A DNA stretch of 64,000 nucleotides from a virus (taxonomy: Duplodnaviria; Caudoviricetes). Location of the stretch: positions 1 through 64,000 of IMG/VR virus record IMGVR_UViG_3300003962_000002; one strand, 5' to 3'. Shown here piece by piece: positions 1 to 8,649 of the stretch. The notes beneath the pieces were generated by a model. It had not been told where the DNA came from. It saw only the letters and a program-made list of their open reading frames with translations, and searched no databases. Both the position numbers and the translations under genes were made by a program. The stretch's first letter is position 1; each line of letters opens with the position of its first letter.

Positions 1-2
1 TA

Positions 3-1859
3 CAACACGGAACTACTAGTGGGCGATATTCTAGCACAAACCCTAATTGTCTATCAATGGACACACAAATACTAACCAATTCGGGATGGAAATATCACGC
101 AGATTTGTTGGAAATAGATACAATCGCATGTTTTGATGAAAACAGTAGAACTATAACATTCAACAACTACACTAATAAATGGAAATCCATACTTAAAAAA
201 CAATCTATGGTTTCTATAGAAAATCAACACATTCACTGGAGAATGACAGAAAATCACAGGTGTTTATTACGTAATAGAAAAACAGATGAGTTAAAAACCG
301 TACCAGCAGCATGGGTGAAAGAAGACTATTATGTTTTACACGGCGCCAATTACGATGGAGAATTTGAGGAGAACGAGGATTTTTTAAAACTTATTATAGC
401 TACGCAGGCTGATGGAGAGTTGAGAAAAGACAACAATAAAAGAATAAGATTTGTATTTTCAAAAGAACGAAAATACAATAGACTATTGGATATTCTAAAT
501 AATCTAGGATTTGAATATAGTTTATTTACGAAAGAGGGTTATAAATTTGGGATTCTAGTAAAAGATCCTGAAAAACTGGTTTATAATTATTTAGGAGAAT
601 CTAAAACATTTCCAAAAAGTTGGATAAATTTGTCATTAGAACAAAAGAAATTAGTAATAGAGGAGTTGTTTCATTGGGACGGATGTTTCACTAGAAAACA
701 GAACTACTCATCTAACAACGAAACTAACGTAGATATAATTCAGGCGATGGCCAGTCTTTGCGGTTATAGGGCACACAAAAGAATTTATTTCAGTAAAACC
801 GCTACGGCTCCTAATTATCAGTTAGATTTTTGTTTTAGAGATTATTCTTTAACTACGAATATGGAAATAAATACTTTCTCCAGTGATGAAGAGGTGTGGT
901 GTGTGGAAGTTCCTACTGGTTATTTTATAGCTAGAAGAGGTTCTGACACATTCGTTACTGGAAATTGCCAAAATTTGCCTCGATTGAAGGATGAAGAGTC
1001 GGACTTATCGCCGTTAGTTCTACATTATGTAAATCTTATAAAACAAGGTCTAGTGGCTCCTAAAAGAGGGAAGATAGTTAATGCGGACTTCTCTCAGCTT
1101 GAACCTTGTTGCTTCGCCACGGCTAGTGGTGATCCGAAACTACAAGAAATCTTTCACAAGAAAGAAGACTTGTATAGTCGAATTGCAATAGACGTATTTA
1201 AAATGACTCATTTAAGTGCGGACAAAAAAGCTCCCAACTTCTTGAAAAAGGTAAGTCCTGAGTTTAGGAATAAATCCAAAGTGTTTACGTTGGCGGTGCC
1301 CTACGGAGCAGAAGCGGCACGAATTTCTCAAGCAATGGCCACAGACTATAAGGAAGCTAACAAGACCATAAACGCTTATTTATCAACTTATCCAGACTTG
1401 AAAAAGTATATGATGCGTTGTAATGCTTTAGCTAAGAAAGAAGGTAAAGTAGTATCTGCTTTCGGTAGAGTACGACATCTTCCTAGGGCTAAAGAATTGT
1501 ACGAAAAATACGGCAACGATCTGTTGGACTGGAAGTGGGCCAAAGGGAGAGGCCTCCTAGCCGAGAGAAGAGAGCTTAAAACCTTACTAAACAACGCTAA
1601 GAACTTCCCCATTCAGTCCATGGCAGCTAGTATAGTAAATCGTTCTATGATAGCTATGGCTAGAAAGCTGAAAGAATTAGGACTAGATGCTTATATTGCC
1701 TTGCAAATTCATGACGAAATCTCTACAATAGCTAATAGGGCAGAGGATGCAGAACTAATAAAAACTTTATTGAGAGATTGTATGGAGAATACTTGTAAGA
1801 TCGCAGTACCTTTGGTCGCTGAACCAATCATAGCAGATAACATGGCGGAAGCGAAATGA
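3..1859 (+). CDS. polA: DNA polymerase family A (Pol I-like), C-terminal part, intein-containing; 5'-truncated by window edge
   Basis: Frame is open from nt 3 (QHGTTSGRYSSTNPN). After the intein: CQNLPR, motif A ADFSQLE, motif B SKVFTLAVPYG, AKNFPIQSMAA, motif C LQIHDEI. Confidence 0.95.
   Translation, partial: QHGTTSGRYSSTNPNCLSMDTQILTNSGWKYHADLLEIDTIACFDENSRTITFNNYTNKWKSILKKQSMVSIENQHIHWRMTENHRCLLRNRKTDELKTVPAAWVKEDYYVLHGANYDGEFEENEDFLKLIIATQADGELRKDNNKRIRFVFSKERKYNRLLDILNNLGFEYSLFTKEGYKFGILVKDPEKLVYNYLGESKTFPKSWINLSLEQKKLVIEELFHWDGCFTRKQNYSSNNETNVDIIQAMASLCGYRAHKRIYFSKTATAPNYQLDFCFRDYSLTTNMEINTFSSDEEVWCVEVPTGYFIARRGSDTFVTGNCQNLPRLKDEESDLSPLVLHYVNLIKQGLVAPKRGKIVNADFSQLEPCCFATASGDPKLQEIFHKKEDLYSRIAIDVFKMTHLSADKKAPNFLKKVSPEFRNKSKVFTLAVPYGAEAARISQAMATDYKEANKTINAYLSTYPDLKKYMMRCNALAKKEGKVVSAFGRVRHLPRAKELYEKYGNDLLDWKWAKGRGLLAERRELKTLLNNAKNFPIQSMAASIVNRSMIAMARKLKELGLDAYIALQIHDEISTIANRAEDAELIKTLLRDCMENTCKIAVPLVAEPIIADNMAEAK
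48..965 (+). mobile_element. Intein (306 aa) with LAGLIDADG-type homing endonuclease in the DNA polymerase
   Basis: Starts CLSMDTQILT, has block B TENH and endonuclease-like blocks IIATQADG and EELFHWDG, ends WCVEVPTGYFIARRGSDTFVTGN, +1 residue Cys. Splits the PolA motif S..PN/xQNLP. Confidence 0.92.
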
Positions 1860-2107
1860 ACAGCGTGTGCGACGTTATACGAGATTACAATGTTGTGCGG
1901 GATTATCTAAATGACACAGACCTTTCTCATCGCTACGACGATATGGTGACCGATTTAGTCTTCCTAAGAAAAACCACTCCGTACACAAGGTTTATAAAAG
2001 AGGTTTACGGCGAGATTAAAGGCCCCGCCGCAGACGACCTCATAAACGCCGTAGAAGAACAACACATCCTAGAAAATACTAAAATAGGACGATTATTGTA
2101 TGCTTGA
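1856..2107 (+). CDS. hypothetical protein
   Basis: ATGA overlap with the polymerase stop; 83 aa; coupled to the next gene. Confidence 0.7.
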   Translation: MNSVCDVIRDYNVVRDYLNDTDLSHRYDDMVTDLVFLRKTTPYTRFIKEVYGEIKGPAADDLINAVEEQHILENTKIGRLLYA

Positions 2108-2591
2108 TAGAATAATGTTTGTGGTTACTTTTTTTCCTCTTATATTAGGATCTTATATGATTGGGATTCTTATGGGAGAAAAACTTATTGACATTACTGT
2201 TCCTTTAAGTTATATTGAGTACGTGGGTGGGGATATAGGCTTTAAACTACAAACCTACAAAGCTTTTGACGAGATGAATGCGATTAGTGAACGTGGGGTA
2301 GTAAAGTATTCGGGTTTGAGACCTATTGTTGTTTATGAAAAAGAAAAGGGTTCCATGCCTCCACAACGATTAGGACAAGCCATTAATCAAGTTTTTTATT
2401 GTATTATTCAAGTAAAACAAGGACTTCCAGCGAAGCAATTGAGAAGAGTGTTGCAACATGAATATTTACATTGTTTAGGATATGAACATGTTGACAATCC
2501 AGAAGATATAATGTATTATGCAGATGATCCTAGAATGAAGACCTCTAGTATCGATAAATATATAAACGAATTAGATAAAAAAATGAATTGA
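2100..2591 (+). CDS. membrane-anchored metzincin (matrixin/M10-like) zinc metalloprotease
   Basis: N-terminal hydrophobic segment; HEYLHCLGYEH fits HExxHxxGxxH and is followed by the Met-turn DIMY. Confidence 0.85.
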   Translation: MLDRIMFVVTFFPLILGSYMIGILMGEKLIDITVPLSYIEYVGGDIGFKLQTYKAFDEMNAISERGVVKYSGLRPIVVYEKEKGSMPPQRLGQAINQVFYCIIQVKQGLPAKQLRRVLQHEYLHCLGYEHVDNPEDIMYYADDPRMKTSSIDKYINELDKKMN

Positions 2592-2601
2592 GGAGATTAG
2601 T

Positions 2602-2865
2602 GTGACAAGCAAGAAAATTAGTTGGTATCGTTCGATGTGTGACAAGATTGATAATGAGAATAAACTGTGGGATATGGCTTTGAAGGTCGCTGATGGAGGA
2701 AGAGTAGATCCTAGTCTTCGTAAAGAGAAAGGCGGCAAAGGCAAAAACCGTCCTAAAAAGAACCGAGAGTGGGAAGAGTTAGTTGCTGAGGCCAAAATAG
2801 AAAAGCAAAAACGTCTCGAAAAAGAGCGTAAATTTAACAAATCACGTAAGGAGAAAGAGCAATGA
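2602..2865 (+). CDS. hypothetical basic protein
   Basis: RBS gaggag then GTG start; K/E-rich helical tail. Confidence 0.7.
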   Translation: MTSKKISWYRSMCDKIDNENKLWDMALKVADGGRVDPSLRKEKGGKGKNRPKKNREWEELVAEAKIEKQKRLEKERKFNKSRKEKEQ

Positions 2866-3209
2866 AAACTAAAGTAGAACGGTTCGTAAATCAGGTAGAA
2901 AAGGTTCGAAACTCAACAACAACAACGGTTATTAAGACTGAAGTTGGAAACTCAACAGACAACAACCGTGTTCCTAGTGTGATGCAGTTGGCAGGTTTTC
3001 TGTTTAACGACAACCAAACTTCACTATTCTTGGATACTTTGTCTGTGCGTAGTTATCTTCTTAAGAGTGGTCTTTTGAAACGAGTACGTCGTAATAACAA
3101 CCGTACCGACGCTTACGACGTCAATGAGTTTGTTACTGCTATTCGTCGTTATATTCTATCCAGTCCTAACCGTCGCAAAGAAGTAAACGGACTAATCAAC
3201 AACTACTGA
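2862..3209 (+). CDS. hypothetical protein
   Basis: ATGA overlap with the previous gene; 115 aa; frequent CGT and AAC codons. Confidence 0.75.
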   Translation: MKTKVERFVNQVEKVRNSTTTTVIKTEVGNSTDNNRVPSVMQLAGFLFNDNQTSLFLDTLSVRSYLLKSGLLKRVRRNNNRTDAYDVNEFVTAIRRYILSSPNRRKEVNGLINNY

Positions 3210-3212
3210 AAA

Positions 3213-3402
3213 CAGGTAGGCCACCTGGAGAGTGAAACTTACGGGATAGGGGTACATAAATAAGCCGCTAAACGTGCCGACGAGGCAGCTAGAAGTCTCG
3301 CTTAAAAGAAATCGGTTATAGCTTGAGAAGGTTGTTTCACTCCCGCAAAGTGGAGGATATAGAAACAAAGGAAGCTGGCAACATCAAGAACCCCTCACTC
3401 TC
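3213..3402 (+). ncRNA. candidate structured intergenic RNA or leader upstream of the RecA-like gene
   Basis: About 200-nt non-coding gap with complementary segments 3230-3238/3334-3342, 3228-3235/3395-3402, 3248-3253/3390-3395 and hairpins caggt..acctg and tgcc..ggca. No known family recognised. Confidence 0.35.
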
Positions 3403-3428
3403 ACCTTTATAATATTTTGGAGAAGTTA

Positions 3429-4382
3429 ATGGCAAAGAAACCTACGTTTGATTTAGAAGCTTTTTTGGATGAAGAAAACGATTCCAAAGAAGTGGAGTAT
3501 AATGATCAAAAATTTGTAGTTATGGACGAGGAGTTCCAAAAAGCTATAGGACTCCCCGGCATTCCTTTGAGCGATGTGAGTATGGGCTTTGGCCTGTCGG
3601 ATAGCGGTAAAACAGAATTCATGTTACATGTAGCAAAAGCAGCCGTGGCACAAGACATCCTCCCAATCCTAATTATTAGTGAAAATAAGTTTAAAGAAGG
3701 TCGTTTAGTAAATTTTCAATTGAATAATAAAAACTCTATTGTTAAAAGAAATCTAAAGACTTTGGAGGACGTCTATGATTATATATGTCAAGTGATAGCT
3801 AAAGTTAAAAACAATACACTGAAAAAAGATGTTATTTTGTTGTGGGATTCTGTCGCTTCCACACCAAGTAAAGAAACGTTTGAAGTACTCAAAGACGGTA
3901 CCGTAAAAAAGAAATACGGCCCTCAGAAAAATGCAGCGGTCATCGGATACTACAACCCTTTCATTATGGATCTAATCACCACCACTAGAGAAAAAGAGTG
4001 TGAGCATCAAGTGGGATTGTACATGGTAAATCAAGCTTATATCAAGCCTCCAGAATTCGCAGGAGCGCAAGCGACATTAGTGCCCAACGGCGGAGAAAAA
4101 ATATGGTACAACCTATCTTTATCACTAGTTTTCAAAGAAGGACAGCGATTGAAGGCTAAAAAGGATGGTATGGATTATGCTTTTGGGTTAGTAAGTAGAA
4201 TAAAAGTGGAAAAGAATCACATAAATGGTATATATGGGGAAAATAAAATAGTTTTTGTGGACGGAGACGTTATTCCTAATACCTCAGCAGCTATTGAGAA
4301 ATATAAGAAAGAGAATAGGGATAAATGGTCTCAATTCGAGACCGTGGTCATGGAAGAATCAGAAGACGAAACAGAGTATTGA
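3429..4382 (+). CDS. recA: RecA/UvsX-like recombinase
   Basis: Walker A GLSDSGKT, Walker B LLWDSVAS, NQAY, GGEKIWYNLSLSL, KVEKNHI, acidic tail. Start placed at the ATG after the ggag RBS. Confidence 0.85.
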   Translation: MAKKPTFDLEAFLDEENDSKEVEYNDQKFVVMDEEFQKAIGLPGIPLSDVSMGFGLSDSGKTEFMLHVAKAAVAQDILPILIISENKFKEGRLVNFQLNNKNSIVKRNLKTLEDVYDYICQVIAKVKNNTLKKDVILLWDSVASTPSKETFEVLKDGTVKKKYGPQKNAAVIGYYNPFIMDLITTTREKECEHQVGLYMVNQAYIKPPEFAGAQATLVPNGGEKIWYNLSLSLVFKEGQRLKAKKDGMDYAFGLVSRIKVEKNHINGIYGENKIVFVDGDVIPNTSAAIEKYKKENRDKWSQFETVVMEESEDETEY

Positions 4383-4393
4383 AAGGGTAAAAT

Positions 4394-4738
4394 ATGACTG
4401 GTAATGAGTTTCAACAAGCTGTGATGCGAACTGCTGCTAACGGCCTAACTCAAAGAGAAGCCTTAACCAACGCTTCTATGGGCATGGCTGGAGAAACGGG
4501 AGAGTATGTTGATATGTTAAAAAAGTGGATGTTTCACGGTCATCCATTGGACGAATTGAAGTGTAAGAAAGAGCTAGGAGACGTGATGTTCTACGTAGCA
4601 TGGGCAGCAAAAGAACACGGCTTTGAATTGAATGATGTGATGAATACAGTCATCGAGAAGCTTAAAATTCGATTTCCTAACGGTTTTAATAGTGCTGATA
4701 GTATTGCTCGTCGAGACGTGAACACACAAAACCCATAA
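4394..4738 (+). CDS. mazG: MazG-like nucleoside triphosphate pyrophosphohydrolase
   Basis: GMAGETGEYVDMLKK...KKELGDVMFYVA...EKLKIRFP, the MazG ExxE/ExxD motif. Confidence 0.9.
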   Translation: MTGNEFQQAVMRTAANGLTQREALTNASMGMAGETGEYVDMLKKWMFHGHPLDELKCKKELGDVMFYVAWAAKEHGFELNDVMNTVIEKLKIRFPNGFNSADSIARRDVNTQNP

Positions 4739-4752
4739 TTGAGGCAAAATTC

Positions 4753-5049
4753 ATGCGAGACTTTATTAACGAGTTTGCAAACGCTTTTAATCCCTTTCAA
4801 AAAAGAAGCTCCCCAAGCATGTCAGAAAACCACCATGCGCATATAACCAGCGATGATATAAAAGCATACTACAAAGCGCAAATAGTGAATGTTTTCAAAC
4901 AGAATAAAAATTTACGACTAAACAAAAACATTTCTTCTGAAGCACTACAACTGTGGTATTTGGCAGCTTCTGAAATACCAGAAGCAGTTATAGTTGTAGA
5001 AGATGAGGAACGAATAATTAAACGAATTGACACCACAATAACATTTTGA
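4753..5049 (+). CDS. hypothetical protein
   Basis: 98-aa ORF in a co-directional run with RBS gagg. Confidence 0.65.
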   Translation: MRDFINEFANAFNPFQKRSSPSMSENHHAHITSDDIKAYYKAQIVNVFKQNKNLRLNKNISSEALQLWYLAASEIPEAVIVVEDEERIIKRIDTTITF

Positions 5050-5071
5050 ATCTCAAACCTGAGAGGGTCTA

Positions 5072-5467
5072 ATGGCCAAACGACGGACGCTCCACGCAAA
5101 GGAACAAGACGAACTCCAAAGGCTGAGGCGTGAGAACGAGAAACTAAAGAGAACCATACAATCTCTCAGAAAACAGTTAGATAGAATAGATATAGACGAA
5201 TACCAAAACTTAAAAGAGATCATGGAGTCTCAGGATAGATTTGAGTCTAAAGTAGAACAAGATAAAAATCTTAAGAATCTGAAACAAAAATGGTTATGTA
5301 ATACTTGTGGAAAAGATCACCTAAGGCTAGTCCTAATACCTAGAATGGATGGTCTATTTTATACTAGAAGGTGTAAGACTTGTAATTATAAAACCAAACT
5401 AAAGAAATACTCTGAGAACGTGGAGGGAATAGAAGACGATGATACAGTTCATCCGGGGACTATATAA
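5072..5467 (+). CDS. coiled-coil protein with C-terminal zinc ribbon
   Basis: Coiled-coil N-terminus; CNTC...CKTC pairs. Confidence 0.7.
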   Translation: MAKRRTLHAKEQDELQRLRRENEKLKRTIQSLRKQLDRIDIDEYQNLKEIMESQDRFESKVEQDKNLKNLKQKWLCNTCGKDHLRLVLIPRMDGLFYTRRCKTCNYKTKLKKYSENVEGIEDDDTVHPGTI

Positions 5468-5942
5468 TAAGATTAGGTTATTTTTTGCTCTAAGTTCAAC
5501 TAAAACTGAAAAAGAACTTGACAGTATATTGAGAATAGATTATAACTCTTTTACGACTTCTGTTAGCGAAGAAGAAGCGGAGACACAAAGAAAGTATTAT
5601 AACGGCTTAACGTTGTTGAAAAGAAGAGTAAGAAGTATGGCGGTGGATGGAAATCTCGGACAAGCTATGAGCGGTTTAGACGACCTTATACCTTTAGCCG
5701 CTTCAGAAGAAGCTGATGATATGAGAGCAGCTATGAAAAGTGTGGTTGTTGCTAAAGGTCAAGACATTAAGACAGAGGAAGATAAGACTAGGATGATCGA
5801 CACTCGAATTAACCATTATACAACCCTTCACGCACAAAAATTAAAAAGAGAACTATCGGCTAAGATTAGAAAAGCTAAGTACGAAAACAAAGCCGAACAC
5901 GAACGACTAATGAAAGAATGGAACAAATTGTATGGAAACTGA
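5439..5942 (+). CDS. hypothetical helical protein
   Basis: 167-aa ORF overlapping both neighbours in operon fashion. Confidence 0.7.
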   Translation: MIQFIRGLYNKIRLFFALSSTKTEKELDSILRIDYNSFTTSVSEEEAETQRKYYNGLTLLKRRVRSMAVDGNLGQAMSGLDDLIPLAASEEADDMRAAMKSVVVAKGQDIKTEEDKTRMIDTRINHYTTLHAQKLKRELSAKIRKAKYENKAEHERLMKEWNKLYGN

Positions 5943-6579
5943 TATTAAAGACCTTATTCCAGAAGTAAAGCTAGGAAACTGTCATATTCTGTTTCTAGAT
6001 GTTTCTTCTAGCTGTACTGGTTATTCCGTAGCTTCTGTGGACTTCTTAAATAAGAAAGCAGAGATCACCAAAGCCGGGTGTATTTGGTTAGATCCTAACT
6101 GGGATCATGCGCAAAAGTATGACTATTTGTATAATATGGTTCAGGTTTATTTTGAAACCGTAGAACAAGTAGATCATATTGTTGTAGAGCAGTATTCAGT
6201 AAACACCTCTAAAATGTCCGGGGTTCTAGTAAGTCCTGAGGCTCATGGAGTGATTAAGGCCGCTGCCTACTCCAACGGAGTCAAAGTAAGCTCGATACTT
6301 CCACAAAGCTGGAGAGCTATTCTCAAGATCAAACCGAAACTAACTGATACGGGCAAGGGAAAACCAAAGCGAGATTTTAAAGCACCAACAAAAGAAAAAG
6401 TATTAGATATGATGGCGGTGCCAGAAGAAGTGATTTCTAATATTACTAAGAAGAATCGTCAAACGCCTTCTGACCTGTATGATGCGGTGGCGATTGGGGT
6501 AGCTTGGTTACAAAAGAACAACCTAAAGGTAACAACAAAAAATTGCCAATTTAACACTCATATAGGAGCTATGGAATGA
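5932..6579 (+). CDS. RuvC-like Holliday junction resolvase
   Basis: ILFLDVSSSCTGYSV (catalytic D), IVVEQ (E), DLYDAVAIG (DxxD): the RNase H-fold RuvC pattern. Confidence 0.8.
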   Translation: METDIKDLIPEVKLGNCHILFLDVSSSCTGYSVASVDFLNKKAEITKAGCIWLDPNWDHAQKYDYLYNMVQVYFETVEQVDHIVVEQYSVNTSKMSGVLVSPEAHGVIKAAAYSNGVKVSSILPQSWRAILKIKPKLTDTGKGKPKRDFKAPTKEKVLDMMAVPEEVISNITKKNRQTPSDLYDAVAIGVAWLQKNNLKVTTKNCQFNTHIGAME

Positions 6580-6821
6580 GTCTTTGGATCAAACATCCTC
6601 GAACGGGTAAACAAGACACCATGCTCACTATAGCAGTGGTTTCTACAGTGTGTTGCTTGTTTAAGTTTATGACTAGCGGCATCACGTTAGAAGCTATGGG
6701 ATATAATCTAAGTTTTGGAACAGTAGACGCATCAGTTATTACGGCAGTATTAACTCCTACATTGTTGTCATATGTGGCGAGAAAGTACTCAGATTCACCG
6801 AGTAAGGAGAATAAGGAATGA
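6576..6821 (+). CDS. small two-TM membrane protein (holin-like)
   Basis: Two hydrophobic segments and a charged C-terminal tail RKYSDSPSKENKE. Confidence 0.6.
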   Translation: MSLWIKHPRTGKQDTMLTIAVVSTVCCLFKFMTSGITLEAMGYNLSFGTVDASVITAVLTPTLLSYVARKYSDSPSKENKE

Positions 6822-7690
6822 GGAAGTTTTGGTTGTTTTTGGTTTCTTTTTTGTTTGTGGGGACGGCATTTGCCGGTCCAACAGAAGTCGTATTGACGGA
6901 AGATAATGCGATTTGGATGAATGATTATTTTGATTCGACTCCGGTTGCCAAAACCATTGCTAGGGCGAAAGAGCTAGATGCTCGTCTTCCTAGTAAGGAG
7001 CCTATCTACTTGATCATCAATAGTGGTGGCGGTAGTATTGAAGCTGGACTAGAACTTATTGACAATTTGAAACATATGAATAGGCCGATCCACACGATTT
7101 CTGCGTTCGCTGCCTCGATGGGATTTCAAACTGTTCAAGGACTTGGAACTCGCTACATCACTACTACCGGAACACTAATGAGTCATAAAGCTAGAGGAGG
7201 CTTTTACGGCGAGTTTCCAGGACAACTCGACTCTCGTTATGGTTTTTGGTTGAAACGAGTTAACGAGATGGACAAGGTAGCTGTTGCTCGTACAAAAGGG
7301 AAACACACTTTAAAGTCCTACAAAGCTTTGGTAGAAAATGAATACTGGTGTCAAGGTAGTGAGTGTATTAGTGAGGGTTTTGCAGACAAAGTAGTAAACG
7401 CCTCTTGTGACAAAAGCTTGACAGGTACTCGACAGGCTAATGAAAAGTTTATTTGGGGTGGGGCTGCGATTGAATTGGTTTGGACCTACGACAAATGCCC
7501 ACTAAACACTGGGGAATTGGATTTCGAAGTCTACGTTAATGGTAAAGCATTATTTAAACGTCAATCTGGTAAGGAGTTTACGTTCTCAAACACTTATGTA
7601 GATGATGAAAAAGGACTACAACAAAAGATCAACTCTATTCGAGAAGACAAGATCCAAAACGTTCAAAAAGTAATCAAAAAAGGTTATTAA
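6818..7690 (+). CDS. ClpP-family (S14) serine protease with N-terminal signal peptide
   Basis: Signal peptide MRKFWLFLVSFLFVGTAFA; IYLIINSGGGS, FAASMG (Ser), LMSH (His), EYWCQGSECISEGFADKV. Confidence 0.85.
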   Translation: MRKFWLFLVSFLFVGTAFAGPTEVVLTEDNAIWMNDYFDSTPVAKTIARAKELDARLPSKEPIYLIINSGGGSIEAGLELIDNLKHMNRPIHTISAFAASMGFQTVQGLGTRYITTTGTLMSHKARGGFYGEFPGQLDSRYGFWLKRVNEMDKVAVARTKGKHTLKSYKALVENEYWCQGSECISEGFADKVVNASCDKSLTGTRQANEKFIWGGAAIELVWTYDKCPLNTGELDFEVYVNGKALFKRQSGKEFTFSNTYVDDEKGLQQKINSIREDKIQNVQKVIKKGY

Positions 7691-8112
7691 TGAAAAAGAT
7701 AGTCGCAACACTGTTAATAGGAAGTTTAACAACTACTCAATTAAAAGCTGAGTGCGACAAGCCTGTGACCCCACTTAAAACTGGGGAACAGGCTCCCTGT
7801 ACGGGATATCTATTTAGTCCAGAAAAAGAGCTAGAAGTAAGAGTTAAGAATGAAGAGTTCAAACTGTTAATGGAACAAACCAAGTTATACATTCAACAAA
7901 CAGAATTGTATAAGTCCGAGCTAAAGATTTCGAACGAGATTGCGGATAGAGAACGAGAGAAGGCTGAGATCTGGAGGAAAGCAGCAGAACAGTCGTCTAT
8001 GAATGTGTTAAATATGCAAGAGTCTAGACAAACTAGAGACTTGTTGTTTATATTAGCTGGGGTGGGACTAACCGTAGCAGCAGGTTATGCTGTAGGACAA
8101 GTAAGCAAATAA
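7690..8112 (+). CDS. exported coiled-coil protein with C-terminal TM anchor
   Basis: Signal peptide ending QLKA, two Cys, coiled coil, C-terminal hydrophobic LLFILAGVGLTVAAGYAVG. Confidence 0.7.
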   Translation: MKKIVATLLIGSLTTTQLKAECDKPVTPLKTGEQAPCTGYLFSPEKELEVRVKNEEFKLLMEQTKLYIQQTELYKSELKISNEIADREREKAEIWRKAAEQSSMNVLNMQESRQTRDLLFILAGVGLTVAAGYAVGQVSK

Positions 8113-8121
8113 AGGATTATT

Positions 8122-8649
8122 ATGACTATTGCTATTTTATTTCTATTTTGTATAGCTCTCGCAATAATTTGTATTAACAAAGCTAGCGAAAATAAAAAGT
8201 TGGAGACTGACCTAAACAAGTTATCAGAGCATTTTAGGGCTTTGGAACGATCTTACGAGCAAGCAACACAAGACGTTACAAAAAACATCGAAGAGGTTCT
8301 CAAGTTAGAACGGGAGTTGAAAGAGTCCGTAGAAGCCAACTCTAAAATAGTGTCGCAGAAACAGAGCGTCCTAACTAGAACCGGAGCCATGGTAGAAAAT
8401 ATCGTACCACTACTCAACGACCTACCATACGACCCAACAAATATGCACCACCTTGGGAAGCCCGTAGACTTTCTGTACTTCAATTACGACGATCCAGAAC
8501 CCTATATCACATTCGTAGAAGTCAAATCTGGTAAAGCAAAAGAAAGCAAGCGACAAAGAACCATCCTAAATATTATTAAAGAAGGAAAGGTTCATTACGA
8601 ACTATTACAAATCACCGACAAAGGTATCAAAGTAACGAGGAAAGCATGA
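8122..8649 (+). CDS. membrane-anchored PD-(D/E)xK endonuclease (Holliday-junction-resolvase-like, Endonuc_Holl type)
   Basis: N-terminal TM, coiled coil, then LGKPVDFLYF...ITFVEVKSG...SKRQRTI. Confidence 0.8.
   Translation: MTIAILFLFCIALAIICINKASENKKLETDLNKLSEHFRALERSYEQATQDVTKNIEEVLKLERELKESVEANSKIVSQKQSVLTRTGAMVENIVPLLNDLPYDPTNMHHLGKPVDFLYFNYDDPEPYITFVEVKSGKAKESKRQRTILNIIKEGKVHYELLQITDKGIKVTRKA

Noticed and set aside
6818-7690. ClpP as the prohead maturation protease
   Set aside because: It has a signal peptide, sits among membrane genes in the non-structural arm, and is not beside portal or capsid genes. This is not fully excluded without the rest of the genome.
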